Below are positions 62,279-64,000 of a stretch of 64,000 bases of DNA, one piece after another (positions within the stretch are counted from its first letter, which is position 1; each line of letters begins with the position of its first letter). The translations under genes and the position numbers were made by a program. Under the pieces are notes generated by a model, which was given only the letters and a program-made list of their open reading frames with translations, had not been told where the DNA came from and ran no database searches. The DNA is from Verrucomicrobiota bacterium. Its GTDB lineage: Bacteria; Verrucomicrobiota; Verrucomicrobiia; Limisphaerales; SIBE01. The DNA lies in assembly GCA_016209525.1 (NCBI GenBank), contig JACQWK010000125.1, positions 377 through 64,376 of the forward strand, in the 5' to 3' direction.

Positions 62279-64000
62279 ATGAAACGGTTGACTCTCTCGC
62301 CTAACCTCTTCATCGCCTGCACTCTCGTGTTTGCCAGCAGCCGCTGCTTTGCCCAGCAGCCGACTCAATCAACGCCGGCGCCATCGCCGAATTTCTCAAC
62401 GGGCTCAGCGCCCGCCGCCAAGTTCGGCGTGCATGAGATCGTTTTGAGCGGCAACGGCGCGGTTGTGAGTCCATTCGACACGATTGCGACGGTGAAGTTC
62501 GTTCCGCCTTCGGGCGAGACGCACGCGAAGATCGTCCATGCTTTCTATGATGGCGGGAACACCTGGCGCGCTCGACTCTATGTTTCGGAGTCCGGGAAAT
62601 GGATGTGGTCCTCGCAGTCGGAAAACGACTCGGCGTTGCACGGGCAGACAGGGACTTTCCTCTCCAAAGAGTCGCTCCTGCGCGGGATGCTCCGCCCCCA
62701 CCGGTCGAATCCGCGCGCGTGGATGACCGACGACGGTCGCTGGTTCTGCAACGTCAGCGACACCGCTTACCGGCTCTTCCACGCGAAGCATGCGAGCCTG
62801 TGGCAGGATTTCGTGCGCGAGGATGCGGGCCTTGGCATCACCTGCCTGCGCGCGGCAGCGCTGGGAGGCTGGGGTGGAACGCCTGGCGCGGCGCGTGACG
62901 ACAACAACACGTGGATCTGGAACGACCCTTGGCTCGGCGGCGCTACGCCTGACCCTTCGCGCTTCGATCTCGACAAGTTCCGCAACACCGAGGAAAGGCT
63001 GATTTGGATCTTGAACCGATACCCGGAACTTTACCTCCAGATGATCCTCTTCAGTTTCAAAGGTTACGGCACCGAGGGGACCGGGAAGCATTGGTTCGCG
63101 CTCCCGGAAGGCGCCCGGAGGCGCACCATGCAATACATGATCGCGCGCTGGGCTGCTTTCCCAAACGTATTCTGGCTCATCGTGAACGACATGCATTCCG
63201 ACGAGAAATTCCCGAACAACCGTGCTTTCGTGCGCGAGGTGGGAAACTTTTTCGCGACTAATGATCCGTGGAACCACCTCCTCTCCACGGGGCCGAACCG
63301 ACGCGCGGGATTCGCCTTCACCGGCTCGGACGACCTGAGATGGTGCAGCTACATCTACATCGAGGACGCCTATACTTTGGGAGCGGACGAGATCCCGAAA
63401 TACGGCTTCGACAAAATTCCCCGCCACGTCTGGATGGGCGAAGATTACTACGAGCAAGACCACGGACGTTGGACCAACCCGCGCTATTTCTACAGGTGGC
63501 TCTTCTGGTCTTGGCTCCTGTCCGGCGGTTCGGCAAACTACTGCGGCCGCTGGGGTCCGATCCATCCCTACTCTCAAACGAGCCGGCCAGACTTGTTCTG
63601 GAAAGGAATCGACCGCAAGACGGATTACACGGGCGAGGCCTTGGTCGGGCTCGATTCGGTGCGATACATCTGGCCGTACCTTCGGGACCGCAGGATAGAC
63701 CTCGCGCTGTTCCAGCCCAATGACACCCGAGTGCAGGACCTGGACGGTCGAAGTGGACGGCTGCGCCCCAAGCTCATGGAACGCGGCCACGAGGAATTTC
63801 TGCTCTACCATCCCAACGCTTCTGCTGAAGGCAAAACCGCGCAAGTGGACGCCGCAAGAACGGCCCGGCTGCGCATCGATCTCTCCCAGGCGCCGGGGAC
63901 TTTTGAGTCGGAATGGTTCCGCGCCCACGACGGCGTCATCCAAGCCGGTCCGGAGGTCACGGGCGGCGCTTCACGCGACCTGTCCGCGCCGTGGCCGGGC
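62279..64000 (+). CDS. DUF5060 + DUF4038 (GH140-like) glycosidase, 3'-partial at the window edge
   Basis: Not in the supplied ORF track because it has no stop in the window. My own translation from the ATG at 62279 gives 'MKRLTLSPNLFIACTLVFASSRCFAQQ...AKFGVHEIVLSG...HAFYDGGNTWRARLYVSESGKWMW...'. The frame is open for 574 codons to position 64000. Confidence 0.75.
   Translation, partial: MKRLTLSPNLFIACTLVFASSRCFAQQPTQSTPAPSPNFSTGSAPAAKFGVHEIVLSGNGAVVSPFDTIATVKFVPPSGETHAKIVHAFYDGGNTWRARLYVSESGKWMWSSQSENDSALHGQTGTFLSKESLLRGMLRPHRSNPRAWMTDDGRWFCNVSDTAYRLFHAKHASLWQDFVREDAGLGITCLRAAALGGWGGTPGAARDDNNTWIWNDPWLGGATPDPSRFDLDKFRNTEERLIWILNRYPELYLQMILFSFKGYGTEGTGKHWFALPEGARRRTMQYMIARWAAFPNVFWLIVNDMHSDEKFPNNRAFVREVGNFFATNDPWNHLLSTGPNRRAGFAFTGSDDLRWCSYIYIEDAYTLGADEIPKYGFDKIPRHVWMGEDYYEQDHGRWTNPRYFYRWLFWSWLLSGGSANYCGRWGPIHPYSQTSRPDLFWKGIDRKTDYTGEALVGLDSVRYIWPYLRDRRIDLALFQPNDTRVQDLDGRSGRLRPKLMERGHEEFLLYHPNASAEGKTAQVDAARTARLRIDLSQAPGTFESEWFRAHDGVIQAGPEVTGGASRDLSAPWPG

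Noticed and set aside
62405-63943. 512-aa ORF on the minus strand
   Set aside because: It is antisense to the DUF5060/DUF4038-like gene, which has a signal peptide and family motifs. The translation is Arg/Pro/Val-rich with no recognisable domain.

Overview
High-GC bacterial chromosomal window. The gene content (many glycoside hydrolases, giant Ig / Calx-beta / NHL / FG-GAP proteins, dense hairpin repeats) suggests a Verrucomicrobiota- or Planctomycetota-like organism, but this is inference only.

Layout:
- 1-20.6 kb: mostly housekeeping and envelope genes. These are hicAB, an M20 peptidase, an AsmA-like giant protein, hldD, lepB, rpsA, tyrS, a CHAD protein and a GH27 enzyme.
- 21.4-43.0 kb (centre of the window): one co-directional minus-strand operon of five genes. 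It holds three giant secreted paralogs, each with a different N-terminal beta-propeller array on a shared C-terminal module of Calx-beta, beta-sandwich and trypsin-like serine protease domains. Next comes an outer-membrane protein (OMP) with FecR, TPR and beta-barrel parts, joined by a start/stop overlap. Last is a membrane protein with an N-terminal HNH-like domain, a periplasmic CHASE2 sensor and a C-terminal TIR domain. I do not recognise this as a described system, and it is my main candidate.
- 43-46.2 kb: degraded mobile element with an excisionase-like HTH gene and an HUH rolling-circle Rep.
- 46.5-64 kb: CAZyme genes (GH92, a GH127/146-like remnant, PL22-like, WbsX/GH99-like, GH5, DUF5060/DUF4038-like). 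They are interrupted by a four-gene cassette (restriction endonuclease, N6-adenine methyltransferase, an unknown gene, a HEPN-like gene) and by toxin-antitoxin genes and remnants.

Recurrent themes:
- Several families of hairpin-rich REP/MITE-like repeats. One 96-nt element sits in frame inside two unrelated genes.
- At least five genes reduced to deletion or frameshift remnants.

No rRNA, tRNA or CRISPR array was found. All domain calls come from reading motifs by eye, with no database searches.
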